Assembly: GCA_028715055.1 (NCBI GenBank)
Contig: JAQTLE010000001.1
Span: 486,382-550,381 of the forward strand
Origin: Sulfurovaceae bacterium
GTDB lineage: Bacteria > Campylobacterota > Campylobacteria > Campylobacterales > Sulfurovaceae
Length of the DNA stretch: 64,000 nucleotides
Direction: 5' to 3'
This document shows positions 38,380 through 49,438 of this stretch, one piece after another (positions within the stretch are counted from its first letter, which is position 1; each line of letters starts with the position of its first letter). A model generated the notes under the pieces. The model was not told where the DNA came from, did not search any database, and saw only the letters and a program-made list of their open reading frames with translations. The translations under genes and the position numbers were made by a program.

Positions 38380-39588
38380 TTATTGCATCTCCATAACGTT
38401 CCATGGCAAACCTTGTATCATCATTTCTGCCATAAACGGATCTGGATCCATCTGTTCCATATTAAATACTCCATTGCCACTCCAAATACCTTCAAGCATA
38501 AGTTTAGCACCTATCATAGCAGGGACACCGGTTGTGTAGCTAACGCCTTGACTCATAACTTCTGCATAGCAATCTTGATGGTCTTTGACCTGATAGATAT
38601 AAATTTTTCGTTTTTTGCCGTCTTTTATACCTTCTGCAACAATACCGATATTTGTTTTTCCTTTGGTTCTAGGCCCAAGACTTGCAGGATCAGGAAGAAG
38701 TGTTTTTAGAAATTCTATAGGAACTATTTTCATTCCTTTATGCTCTACTTCTTTGATGCCAAGCATGCCGACATTTTCTAAACATTTCATATGCATTAGG
38801 TAGCTTTGTCCAAAAGTCATAAAAAATCTTATTCTTTTCAGACCTTTTATGTGTTTAACCAAACTCTCCATCTCTTCATGATACAACAGATAACTATCTT
38901 TTGGTCCAACTTCAGGGTAATCCCATACTTGCATTATTTCCATTGGTTTAGTTTCAATCCATTTCCCTTCCCCATTTTCATCTTTTTGCCAATATCTGCC
39001 TTTGGCACTAACTTCACGAAGGTTGATCTCTGGATTGAAATTTGTTGCAAAGGGATATCCATGGTCACCGGCATTGCAATCTAATATATCTATAGTATGG
39101 ATTTCGTCAAAATAATGTTTTTGCGCATATGCACAAAATACATTTGTAGCCCCAGGGTCAAATCCACTGCCTAGCAATCCCATTATGCTTGCATCTTTGA
39201 ATGCGCTATCTTTTGCCCATTGCTCTTTATATTCAAAACTTGCAGTATCCGGATGCTCATAGTTAGCTGTATCTAAGTATGGAGTTTTTGTTGCTATGCA
39301 AGCATCCATGATAGTTAAATCCTGATATGGAAGTGCTACATTTATAACAATATCTGCTTTTGTTTGTTCAATTAATTTTGTAACATCCGCCGTATTATCT
39401 GCATCTACTTGGGCAGTATGGATAATAACTCCTAATTTGTTTTTTATATTTTTAGCTATATCATCGCATTTACTCAACGTTCTGCTGGCTAATATTATTG
39501 AGCCAAATGTGTCTTTATTCATTGCGCATTTAAATGCAACAACATTACCGACTCCACCGGCACCAATAATTAAAGTATTTTTTGACAT
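38380..39588 (-). CDS. saccharopine dehydrogenase-family carboxynorspermidine/carboxyspermidine dehydrogenase
   Basis: N-terminal IIGAGGVGNVVA Rossmann motif. The length (402 aa) and overall pattern match the Campylobacter-type alternative polyamine pathway enzyme. Confidence 0.8.
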   Translation of the reverse strand: MSKNTLIIGAGGVGNVVAFKCAMNKDTFGSIILASRTLSKCDDIAKNIKNKLGVIIHTAQVDADNTADVTKLIEQTKADIVINVALPYQDLTIMDACIATKTPYLDTANYEHPDTASFEYKEQWAKDSAFKDASIMGLLGSGFDPGATNVFCAYAQKHYFDEIHTIDILDCNAGDHGYPFATNFNPEINLREVSAKGRYWQKDENGEGKWIETKPMEIMQVWDYPEVGPKDSYLLYHEEMESLVKHIKGLKRIRFFMTFGQSYLMHMKCLENVGMLGIKEVEHKGMKIVPIEFLKTLLPDPASLGPRTKGKTNIGIVAEGIKDGKKRKIYIYQVKDHQDCYAEVMSQGVSYTTGVPAMIGAKLMLEGIWSGNGVFNMEQMDPDPFMAEMMIQGLPWNVMEMQ

Positions 39589-39704
39589 ATTTTTTCCTTG
39601 CTTGAATCATCGCTTTGTGGAATTTTATCACAAATAGACTCTATTTATCATGGCACCAAAGGATATTTTCAGTATTATTTCATAAGAATATTAAAAGGAA
39701 ATAG

Positions 39705-40262
39705 ATGGAAGAAACATTATCTTCTCTAGCTACATGGGGATATATAGCAATTGCTTTTTTCTCGCTCGGCGGTTCGCTTGTTATAGTTGCAGCGGCCGGA
39801 GTTTTTTCGGCTATGGGAAAAATAGATTTAACAATTGCTTTAGCAATATCAATGATCTTTAACTTTATTGGAGACAATCTTTTATTTTATATGTCTCGCT
39901 ATCAGAGAACCACTATGTTGCCGTATCTTCGTTCGCATCACCGCAAATTAGCTCTTGCGACTATTATGTTTCGCAGATATGGTCCTATTGTTATGTTTGT
40001 AAAGAAGTTTATCTATGGTCTTAAAACTTTAGTGCCGCTTAGCATGGGGTTGTCCAAATATAATTTTGGAAAGTTTGCTTTTATTAATCTATTTGCTTCA
40101 ATATTTTTTGTGCTTGTTATCGGTCTTGGTGGATATTATGCGGCAGGTAGTGTAACTGATATTTTTGACACTGTCAAAGAAAAGCCGTGGATAGCCCCAA
40201 TAATTTTATTTAGTATACTTGGAACGATTTGGTTTTTGATGGATAGGGCTACTAGAAAGTAA
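39705..40262 (+). CDS. DedA-family (SNARE-associated) membrane protein
   Basis: 185 aa. The FNFIGDNLLFYMSRY motif and four to five TM helices are typical of DedA. Confidence 0.8.
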   Translation: MEETLSSLATWGYIAIAFFSLGGSLVIVAAAGVFSAMGKIDLTIALAISMIFNFIGDNLLFYMSRYQRTTMLPYLRSHHRKLALATIMFRRYGPIVMFVKKFIYGLKTLVPLSMGLSKYNFGKFAFINLFASIFFVLVIGLGGYYAAGSVTDIFDTVKEKPWIAPIILFSILGTIWFLMDRATRK

Positions 40263-40273
40263 CCCTATCGTTC

Positions 40274-41446
40274 CTAACTATTATATTTTGTATCTACGAA
40301 TTTTTTAATACGTTTGATTCCGTCTTGTATGGTTGCCATATCTGTTGCGAACGAGAATCTAAAATATCCTTCGCTGCCAAATCCAATGCCTGGAACTACT
40401 GCAACACCTTCAGTTTGAAGCAACTCTTTACAAAACTCAACAGAATCATTTGAGATATCTTTGATATTCACAAATAAATAAAATGCGCCGTGAGGCTTGA
40501 GTACACTTATACCTTCTATTTCATTTAGTAATTTTACAGCCTCGTTTGCTCTAGCTTCAAAAGCTTGTCTCATATGTTCTATTTCTGCGTCTACCTCTCC
40601 ACTTAGAGCAACTATAGCAGCTTTTTGCGTAATAGAATTAATATTCGACGTACTTTGACTTTGAAGCTTATCCATTGCTGAAATTAGTTCTTTATTTGGA
40701 CTTGCAAGATATCCAAATCTCCAACCTGTCATTGCTACTGATTTGCTAAGACCATTTATGGTAATTGTTCGTTGGAACATATCATCGGATATGCTCGCCG
40801 CAGAAACAAATTTGGTTCCATAAACAAGTTTTTCATACATTTCATCGCTGGCAACTAAAATGTCAGTTCCTTTTAGTGCTTCAGCGATTTCTCTCAGTTC
40901 ATTTTCGCTATATACAGATCCTGTTGGGTTAGATGGAGATGTTAGAACAACCATTTTTGTTTTTGGGGTTATGGCATTTTTTAATTGAGCCGCAGTCATT
41001 TTAAAGTTGCTCAATTCATCAGTTTCTATAATTACAGGAACACCTCCGCTAAATACTACTTGTTCAGGATAGGTTACCCAATATGGTGAAGGGATTATTA
41101 CTTCATCGCCTTCGTCAATTACTGCCTGAAAGAGATTGAATAATGATTGTTTCGCACCATTGCTGACAATGATTTGGTTAGGTGTGTAGTTTAGATTATT
41201 CTCTCTTTTTAATTTATTGCTAATGGCTTCAAGAAGCTCAGGAATGCCGGCAGTAGCTGTATATTTTGTAAAACCTTCGTTAATGGCTTTGATAGCTTCT
41301 TCTTTTATACGTTTTGGTGTATCAAAATCCGGTTCACCCGCTGAAAAACTTACGATATCTTTTCCAGCAGCCTTTAATTCTTTTGCTAATGTGGCAACCG
41401 CAATGGTTAAAGATGGAGAAAGTGCTTGAATGCGTTGTGAAAGCAT
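40274..41446 (-). CDS. class I pyridoxal-phosphate-dependent (aspartate) aminotransferase
   Basis: PLP-lysine context NGLSKSVAMTGWRFGY, and SPSNPTG. Confidence 0.88.
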   Translation of the reverse strand: MLSQRIQALSPSLTIAVATLAKELKAAGKDIVSFSAGEPDFDTPKRIKEEAIKAINEGFTKYTATAGIPELLEAISNKLKRENNLNYTPNQIIVSNGAKQSLFNLFQAVIDEGDEVIIPSPYWVTYPEQVVFSGGVPVIIETDELSNFKMTAAQLKNAITPKTKMVVLTSPSNPTGSVYSENELREIAEALKGTDILVASDEMYEKLVYGTKFVSAASISDDMFQRTITINGLSKSVAMTGWRFGYLASPNKELISAMDKLQSQSTSNINSITQKAAIVALSGEVDAEIEHMRQAFEARANEAVKLLNEIEGISVLKPHGAFYLFVNIKDISNDSVEFCKELLQTEGVAVVPGIGFGSEGYFRFSFATDMATIQDGIKRIKKFVDTKYNS

Positions 41447-41526
41447 AGAAAAACCTTATATTTAATTAATATAATATTATACTATGAGTTTCATAGCAGT
41501 TTGCTTGGAAGTGCCTGCTGGAACTA

Positions 41527-42231
41527 TCAGTTATCCATAGATTTTAGAAAAGCGTTATAAATTTCTTGCAATTCATGGTCTTTTTTATGAATACTTGAAT
41601 GGTCACCAGTTTTGATAGCATGCTCAAGTACGGCAATGCGTTTTAATAGGTAATGGAACATTTCTTTGTCAATATCAGGCAATTTGTTGTGGCTGAGTAA
41701 ACCTTTGTCAAAACCTTTTTCTATTATACGGGCAGGAATACCAATGGCAGTTGAATTATCGGGAACATCTTTGACAACTACGGAATTGGCACCGATTTTT
41801 ACATTATTTCCGATTGTAATATTACCTAATATTTTTGCCCCTGCACCAATTACAGTACCGCTTTTTATGGTGGGATGTCTTTTGCCCTTTTCTAGACTAA
41901 CTCCGCCAAGGGTAACTTGTTGGTATATTAGTACATCATCTTCGATAACGGCGGTTTCTCCTATCACTATACCTATACCATGATCTATAAATACCCTTCT
42001 GCCTATTGTTGCGGCCGGATGAATATCTACGACCGTTAAAAATTGTCCAAGCGCGGTAATGAGCCTCGGTAGATATGGAATACCGTGGCGATATAGAGAA
42101 TTTGCTATTCGATAGAAAAATAACGCCCAAAGACCAGGGTAATTAAAAAAAAGCTCGAGATTGGAATTTAAGGCGGGATCGTTTTTCTTGACTGTAAAAA
42201 AATCCTCTTTTATAAGAGCAAAAAGTGTCAC
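41527..42231 (-). CDS. cysE: serine O-acetyltransferase
   Basis: N-terminal SATase helical domain and left-handed beta-helix hexapeptide repeats (GIGIVIGETAVIEDDVLIYQQVTLGG). Confidence 0.9.
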   Translation of the reverse strand: MTLFALIKEDFFTVKKNDPALNSNLELFFNYPGLWALFFYRIANSLYRHGIPYLPRLITALGQFLTVVDIHPAATIGRRVFIDHGIGIVIGETAVIEDDVLIYQQVTLGGVSLEKGKRHPTIKSGTVIGAGAKILGNITIGNNVKIGANSVVVKDVPDNSTAIGIPARIIEKGFDKGLLSHNKLPDIDKEMFHYLLKRIAVLEHAIKTGDHSSIHKKDHELQEIYNAFLKSMDN

Positions 42232-42234
42232 TTT

Positions 42235-44109
42235 TTATCCTTGTTCTTTAATTGGATCTACCGATTGAATCGTCTTAAGATAGCTATTTTCACTTAAATA
42301 CAAATAAAGTTTTCCTAATATCTCTCTTTTTTCTTCAGGATTTAGATATTTGGACTCTTCAATTTTTGATTTTAGAGATTTATCTATAAGACTTGTATCA
42401 TAATCTAGATCATCTAGAACATCCATTAGATTTTGAGCTTCAATAAAATTGTATGACTCATAATCTCCGTTTTTATCAAATTTGATCACCGCCTCAGTAG
42501 GATGAGTAAATAGATTATGCCGCATACCTAAAACTTCTTGATATGCGCCTGTTAGGAAAAATGCTAAGTAATATTCTTCTTTTTCTACATCGATATCATG
42601 GAGATAAAACGGAGTTTTTGGTTTAAAGCCTATTTCTCCATCACTATCGCAGGTAATATCCCAAATACTTGCCGGATTGGTCGGTTTGATATCCAATTTA
42701 TTTAAAGGCATGATAGGAAAATGTTGCCCAAGTCCCCACCAATCTGGAAGCGATTGAAATACCGAGAAATTTACCAGATATTTTTCCTGGATGCGGTCTT
42801 GAAGTTTTTTTAGTTCGTTAGTATCCTCATCTTTTAGCAAATAGATTACTTTTTTAATGATAAGATTGACCAATATCTCTGTATTTGAGCGATCTTCAAG
42901 ATCGATATAACCCAAATCAAAAAGAGTAAGCAAACTTTCCATATGGTCTAGAGCATCGTGCAGATACTCTCTGGCATTTGTGCGTTTGAGAAGATTGTAC
43001 AAATCAAACAATTCTTGCACTAATGGAGGATTTTGTTCTTTTAGGCGTAAACTTTTTTCATTATATTCTTGGCTGAAAAGTTCTAATACCGGAGCAACCA
43101 GTACAGAATGGCTGGCAGCTATAAAACGACCTGATTCTGTGAATATATCAGGTTCAGGTACATTTTTGCTTTTAGCAATCTCTTGCATAAGATATATAAC
43201 GTCATTTGAAAACTCTTTGAGTGAATAGTTTCTTTCTTGAGTTTGAGTGTGCTGACTGTATTCAACTGCCAATCCACCACCAATATTTATAGCTCTTAGA
43301 GAATCTACGCCTCTTTTTTTAAGTTCCGCATATATATTACCGGCTTCTCTCAGTGCTTTTTTAAGAGGCGCGATATCTCCCATTTGTGAACCGATATGAA
43401 AATGGATCATCCATAAATGGTTTAAAAGATTATGAGTTTTCAGCATTTCATATGCTTCTAATAGCTCAGTGGATGTAAGTCCGAATTTCGAGCTGTATCC
43501 GCCGCTTTTTGCCCAGATTCCTATGCCGGAACTATGTAGCCTGATACGTACTCCGATTTTTGGAACAATTGGTTTACTACTTTTTTTATTGAATTCTTGA
43601 TGAACATGTATGATGGTCTCAAGCTCGCCTAAACCTTCAATCGTAATAGTAATATTGTGTCCCATTTTAGCAGCTATGAAACAAAGTGCTATCATTTCTT
43701 TGTCTTTGAAGCCATTTACAGTAATAGGTGCTCCAAGTGGCGTATGAGACATGGCAATGATAAGCTCTGCTTTGCTGCCGGCTTCTAACCCGTAATTGTA
43801 TTTTTGTGAAATATTTACAAGCTCATGTAAAAAATTTGGGAATTGATTTACCTTTAGAGGAAATACGGCATGAAAATTTCCGGTATATCCAAAATCTTTT
43901 TTTGCGGTTTTAAACGTATTGAATAATGTATCGATCTGTTTTTCTATCAAGTGCGGAAAACGTAAAAGAATAGGGCCTTTATAACCCTTATCACGAATAT
44001 GATTTGTGATATCCAAAAGAGATGGTTGCTTGCCATAATTGATATTGATAGTATCTTTTTTAATAACAAAATTACTATCACCCCAAATATCCAAACCAAA
44101 TTGCTTCAT
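42235..44109 (-). CDS. speA: biosynthetic arginine decarboxylase
   Basis: 624 aa. PLP-lysine context FPLKVNQ and GGGLAVEY, typical of SpeA. Confidence 0.93.
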   Translation of the reverse strand: MKQFGLDIWGDSNFVIKKDTININYGKQPSLLDITNHIRDKGYKGPILLRFPHLIEKQIDTLFNTFKTAKKDFGYTGNFHAVFPLKVNQFPNFLHELVNISQKYNYGLEAGSKAELIIAMSHTPLGAPITVNGFKDKEMIALCFIAAKMGHNITITIEGLGELETIIHVHQEFNKKSSKPIVPKIGVRIRLHSSGIGIWAKSGGYSSKFGLTSTELLEAYEMLKTHNLLNHLWMIHFHIGSQMGDIAPLKKALREAGNIYAELKKRGVDSLRAINIGGGLAVEYSQHTQTQERNYSLKEFSNDVIYLMQEIAKSKNVPEPDIFTESGRFIAASHSVLVAPVLELFSQEYNEKSLRLKEQNPPLVQELFDLYNLLKRTNAREYLHDALDHMESLLTLFDLGYIDLEDRSNTEILVNLIIKKVIYLLKDEDTNELKKLQDRIQEKYLVNFSVFQSLPDWWGLGQHFPIMPLNKLDIKPTNPASIWDITCDSDGEIGFKPKTPFYLHDIDVEKEEYYLAFFLTGAYQEVLGMRHNLFTHPTEAVIKFDKNGDYESYNFIEAQNLMDVLDDLDYDTSLIDKSLKSKIEESKYLNPEEKREILGKLYLYLSENSYLKTIQSVDPIKEQG

Positions 44110-44158
44110 TTAGTATCCTATGTTTAATTTTTGATATTATATCTAAAAGAGCTGTGTG

Positions 44159-44650
44159 TTAAAAAAATTTTGAAATTATTATAATTATTATTGAACTCAA
44201 AAAGCCTCCGGCAATACCTGCTAATACATCATCTATCATTACTCCCAATCCGCCTTTGAGTTCTCTATCTATCCAACCTATTGTAGATGGTTTCCATATG
44301 TCAAAAAGACGAAAAAATAGAAAACTTAGCAGATAAGCAAGCCATATGCTGTATTCACTATGCAAAGAAAGCGATGCTTTGTAGGCAATAAACATCGATA
44401 GCCACATACCGCTGACTTCGTCTATCACTATCTCCGGATTATCGTGAAGATTTGTTGTTTTTTCATATTTATTTATTTCTATTATCCCCACTATAGTAAT
44501 AGCAATAGCAAGTATAAAAAGAGTATCGGTACCTATATATTTAATGATAAATGCACCTACTATCAATGCAGCCATTGATCCTGCCGTGCCTGGCGCAATT
44601 GGACTTAGACCAGAACCAAAAAATGTCAAAAATAATCTTTGTGGTGTCAT
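44159..44650 (-). CDS. pgpA: phosphatidylglycerophosphatase A
   Basis: FFGSGLSPIAPGTAGS N-terminus and IDEVSGM, DIWKP motifs. Confidence 0.9.
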   Translation of the reverse strand: MTPQRLFLTFFGSGLSPIAPGTAGSMAALIVGAFIIKYIGTDTLFILAIAITIVGIIEINKYEKTTNLHDNPEIVIDEVSGMWLSMFIAYKASLSLHSEYSIWLAYLLSFLFFRLFDIWKPSTIGWIDRELKGGLGVMIDDVLAGIAGGFLSSIIIIIISKFF

Positions 44651-44661
44651 AAATAACCTTT

Positions 44662-45852
44662 TTATGTAAGCGAACTAGTTTGGTATAGTTCAATTAATTT
44701 TGTATAAAATGTTTTGTTTGTCTGTTCTGTCAGCAATCCAGAATTTGGAAATAAAGCATAGTATAAATCTTGAATATTTTTAAATCTGTTTGGAAATAAA
44801 GCAGATAAAATAGTGGCAGAAACCTCTTTTCTGACCAAAATTGTTGGCGGCACTATTCCACTTTGAATTAATTTTAAAATAGCATGGGAATTATATTTAA
44901 TATGGTGGTGATGTCCGTGAGGGCAAGTTTCATCACTTACCAAGGTTGTGCAAATATTGCAATATACATACTCTTCTATCGGCGCAATTTCAATGCCTAA
45001 GTTTTTACATTGATCAAATATAGTATTTGTTCTGTTATGATCATAATAAAGTCCAAGTCCGGCATGATTTTTACCTACTACAAGTTCATTGCAACCATAA
45101 TTTTTTGCCAAGAAAGCATCTAATATTAGCTCGCTGTAGCCAGCAAAAATATATGTATTTTCAAAAGGAACAATTATCACTTTATTTGGCGGTAAAAAAT
45201 TTTCTACAAATTCCATAAGCGATTTGTATCTAATTTCATAGCTCAACCCTTCGTTTGTGAATGGTTTACGTAAAAATAGAACAACTAAATCGGAACGACT
45301 TAAAGTTTGTCGTATCATTTTTTCATGAGCGCGATTAAAAGGGTTACCTGCAAGCATGATTCCAGCAACATATGTCGCGCTTGTTTTGTTTATAATATCT
45401 TTAACTCGTTTAATATTGCTTTGAATCAGTGGGTACTCTACCTGATATTGTCCGCTTACAGCGATGGTGCCGAGTCTAGCAAGTGTATTGCGAACACCGG
45501 GATGCGATGGGTCATTTGTTCCATATATGTTTAAAACCCTTTCGTTCGGATCTATTTCAAACGTTTCCTCTACGATCAATTCTCCTACTTTATGTTTATC
45601 GCTGATAAGGTCGATTGTTTCGTTTGGTTTGATCGATGTTAAGGCTTCATGATTCTTTTTCCCTTTTGGTGCTAATATAAATGAAAAAGGAAACGGCATA
45701 CCTTTGTAGGTTTTGTTTTGATTGACATCTTCAGATGTTTCTTTATTCATAAGGCCTGTAACTGGAGCTATAAGTCCTGCTTGAACCAATGCTAATGAAG
45801 AAAGAGCTTCAGTATCTATATATAATGATTTATTTCTTTTTGTAGAGGCCAT
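44662..45852 (-). CDS. ATP-sulfurylase-like protein with substituted catalytic motifs
   Basis: PUA-like N-terminus followed by a nucleotidyltransferase domain. The signature positions read LAGNPFNRAHE (canonical FQTRNPMHRAHE) and VGKNHAG (canonical VGRDHAG). CxxC...CPHGHHHH cluster near the C-terminus. Confidence 0.7.
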   Translation of the reverse strand: MASTKRNKSLYIDTEALSSLALVQAGLIAPVTGLMNKETSEDVNQNKTYKGMPFPFSFILAPKGKKNHEALTSIKPNETIDLISDKHKVGELIVEETFEIDPNERVLNIYGTNDPSHPGVRNTLARLGTIAVSGQYQVEYPLIQSNIKRVKDIINKTSATYVAGIMLAGNPFNRAHEKMIRQTLSRSDLVVLFLRKPFTNEGLSYEIRYKSLMEFVENFLPPNKVIIVPFENTYIFAGYSELILDAFLAKNYGCNELVVGKNHAGLGLYYDHNRTNTIFDQCKNLGIEIAPIEEYVYCNICTTLVSDETCPHGHHHHIKYNSHAILKLIQSGIVPPTILVRKEVSATILSALFPNRFKNIQDLYYALFPNSGLLTEQTNKTFYTKLIELYQTSSLT

Positions 45853-46711
45853 ATTTTTTCCTTTTTTCCCATAAGCTTTTTCTAGACATTCCTAGTTTTT
45901 TTGAAAGTTCAGTATCCGGAAATTGATTTTGAAATTGTGTTAGAATAAATTGTATATACTCATCAATTGTCAAAATATCATTTTGATTATGTATCTTGTT
46001 GCTTGCATTCAGAGTAATTGTTGGATACGGAGAATCTATCTCATTATTGCTTATCAATACAAAATTACATGAAGATAATAATTCAAAAAGCGTTTCTTTT
46101 TCTGATTTCTTTAGGCTTGTAAAATCAGTTATATAAAAAAGAGTATTTTCTGTTTGATGTGATATCTTTTCTTTCCATGATTGATTAGCAAGGGAAACAA
46201 AAATAAGAGATAAATGTTTTTTTTGTGCATAATCAAAAATAATCTTATCTGCAAGTATAGTATAGTTTGTCACTATTACACACGGAGTGGATATCGCAAT
46301 ATCATTTGTATCTGATTCTACGGTATTTAATTGATAATCAATATATTCTTGATAAAAATTATTTTTTTGTTTTAACTGCTGATACTCTTTATAATGCTCG
46401 ATCTTTCTAAATAATTCTTCTATTCTGAATGGTTTGAGTATATAATCTTTTGCACCCCATTTTAGAGGATCTTCAACGGTGTCATTGTTTATATAATTAA
46501 CCATAAGAATGATAATTTTATCTTTAAATTTTGATATCAAAGGGAATATCGACTGCCCGGGTAAATGGGTTGATAGCAAATATACATCCCCTTGAGTATG
46601 CATTGCTTCTTTTGGGGATCTATAAATCTCTATTTGAAAATTGTGTTCAGTAAGTTTAGACGCTATACTTTGAGCCAAATACAATTCGTTTTCAATAATA
46701 ATAATCTTCAT
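45830..46711 (-). CDS. HP1021-type atypical orphan response regulator (receiver-like domain plus Fis-type HTH)
   Basis: The receiver acidic pair is replaced by E7-N8, and the phospho-acceptor position is Ser47 (VYLLSTHLPG). C-terminal HTH LSKKLGMSRKSLWEKRKKYGL. Sits directly downstream of the fused ispDF, as in Helicobacter and Campylobacter. Confidence 0.75.
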   Translation of the reverse strand: MKIIIIENELYLAQSIASKLTEHNFQIEIYRSPKEAMHTQGDVYLLSTHLPGQSIFPLISKFKDKIIILMVNYINNDTVEDPLKWGAKDYILKPFRIEELFRKIEHYKEYQQLKQKNNFYQEYIDYQLNTVESDTNDIAISTPCVIVTNYTILADKIIFDYAQKKHLSLIFVSLANQSWKEKISHQTENTLFYITDFTSLKKSEKETLFELLSSCNFVLISNNEIDSPYPTITLNASNKIHNQNDILTIDEYIQFILTQFQNQFPDTELSKKLGMSRKSLWEKRKKYGLYKKK

Positions 46712-47829
46712 AATAGCTCTTTCCGGTTTTGATATGATAAGGTTGCAACCGCATGAACTGTTACGCCTTCGTTGCGGCCTACAAAACCTAGTTTTTCCGC
46801 TGTGGTTGCTTTGATATTCGTATGTCTTGCCTGAATACCGAGCAATGAAGCTAATGAGGCTCGCATCTTTTCTTTATAAGGTGTTATTTTTGGGATCTGC
46901 GCCAATATAGTTATATCTATATGCTCTATTTTAAATCCAAAAGAATTGATTTTTTTTACAGTATCTTTCAATAACAATGCAGAATCGATGTTTTTATATT
47001 CAGAGCTGGTATCAGGATACAATTCTCCTATGTCTCCCATGCCGGCAGCTCCCAGTAGGGCATCTATAATAGCATGGATGGCAACATCACCATCACTATG
47101 TGCCTTAAATCCAAAAAGACTATCAATTTTTACGCCGCATAAAACCATTTGCTTGTTTTCTTCAAAAGGATGAATATCCAACCCAAATCCGATCAATGTC
47201 TTGTCTGATGCATGGTTTAGACACGGCAGTTTTGTTAGGTCGTTTTTTGTAGTTAGTTTGTGTGCACTTAAAGAACCTTCTACGAACAAAATATTTTTTC
47301 CGATTGATGCCATAGCACTGCTGTCATCAGTAAATGTTTGTTTGCTATCAAGAGCTTGCTTGAGTAGATGGGTAACACTAAGTTGAGGCGTTTGTATAAG
47401 TTTTGCTTTTTCGCGATCAGCAGGCTTATTATCAATGTATAGTGTATCGGCAATTTCGATGGCAGGCACTATGCAATCAGATATGCCTTTGGCACCCAAG
47501 ATCCTGCCGATCATATCATGGTCAATGCAGCATCTGGCGACATCGCTTACTAATACAAATTGTGTTTTGACTTGACTTAATGCATTACAGAGAGATTCTT
47601 GTCTTGTTTTGCCACCTTCAATATACGTATATGATGCAAAATATTTCATGTATTTTATTTCATCGAAAGAAGATACTATGATAGTATCTCCAAAATTATA
47701 TTTTTCAAATTGTTTTGCCACAAAAAGCCATAACGGATCATCTTTGATATAAATCCATTGCTTTTTTACAGGAGCATTAAAACGAGTCGAATTTCCGGCT
47801 CCCAGAAGTATCAAAGTGATATCTTGCAA
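46708..47829 (-). CDS. ispDF: bifunctional 2-C-methyl-D-erythritol 4-phosphate cytidylyltransferase / 2,4-cyclodiphosphate synthase
   Basis: IspD N-terminus LLGAGNSTRF and IspF C-terminal half HSDGDVAIHA...GDIGELYPD. Confidence 0.93.
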   Translation of the reverse strand: MQDITLILLGAGNSTRFNAPVKKQWIYIKDDPLWLFVAKQFEKYNFGDTIIVSSFDEIKYMKYFASYTYIEGGKTRQESLCNALSQVKTQFVLVSDVARCCIDHDMIGRILGAKGISDCIVPAIEIADTLYIDNKPADREKAKLIQTPQLSVTHLLKQALDSKQTFTDDSSAMASIGKNILFVEGSLSAHKLTTKNDLTKLPCLNHASDKTLIGFGLDIHPFEENKQMVLCGVKIDSLFGFKAHSDGDVAIHAIIDALLGAAGMGDIGELYPDTSSEYKNIDSALLLKDTVKKINSFGFKIEHIDITILAQIPKITPYKEKMRASLASLLGIQARHTNIKATTAEKLGFVGRNEGVTVHAVATLSYQNRKELL

Positions 47830-48047
47830 TCTTATTCCTTATAAATTTACAATTTTAATGTAAAGTGTAACAAAATTATACATATTGCAAACTTGATATA
47901 TTCTTGATTTATATTTTCTTAAGCTTTTTTGGAGTAAATAGAAGGTAACTTTTCTTTTCTTTTTTGTTCAAAATGCGGTAGAAAGATTGGTTTTTTATAA
48001 TAATTTAAGATTTGATAGGTATAACTACAAAATCACTAAGGATGTAA

Positions 48048-49403
<1,356 letters not shown>

Positions 49404-49409
49404 TTCTTT

Positions 49410-49438
49410 GTACTTTTCTTTTTAGTAAAGAAAAGTAC
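49410..49438 (+). terminator. 12-bp hairpin immediately after thiC (GTACTTTTCTTT-TTAGT-AAAGAAAAGTAC)
   Basis: Perfect inverted repeat 7 nt after the thiC stop. There is no downstream U-tract (CAAAAGAAAAG follows), so its role as a terminator is tentative. Confidence 0.35.
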
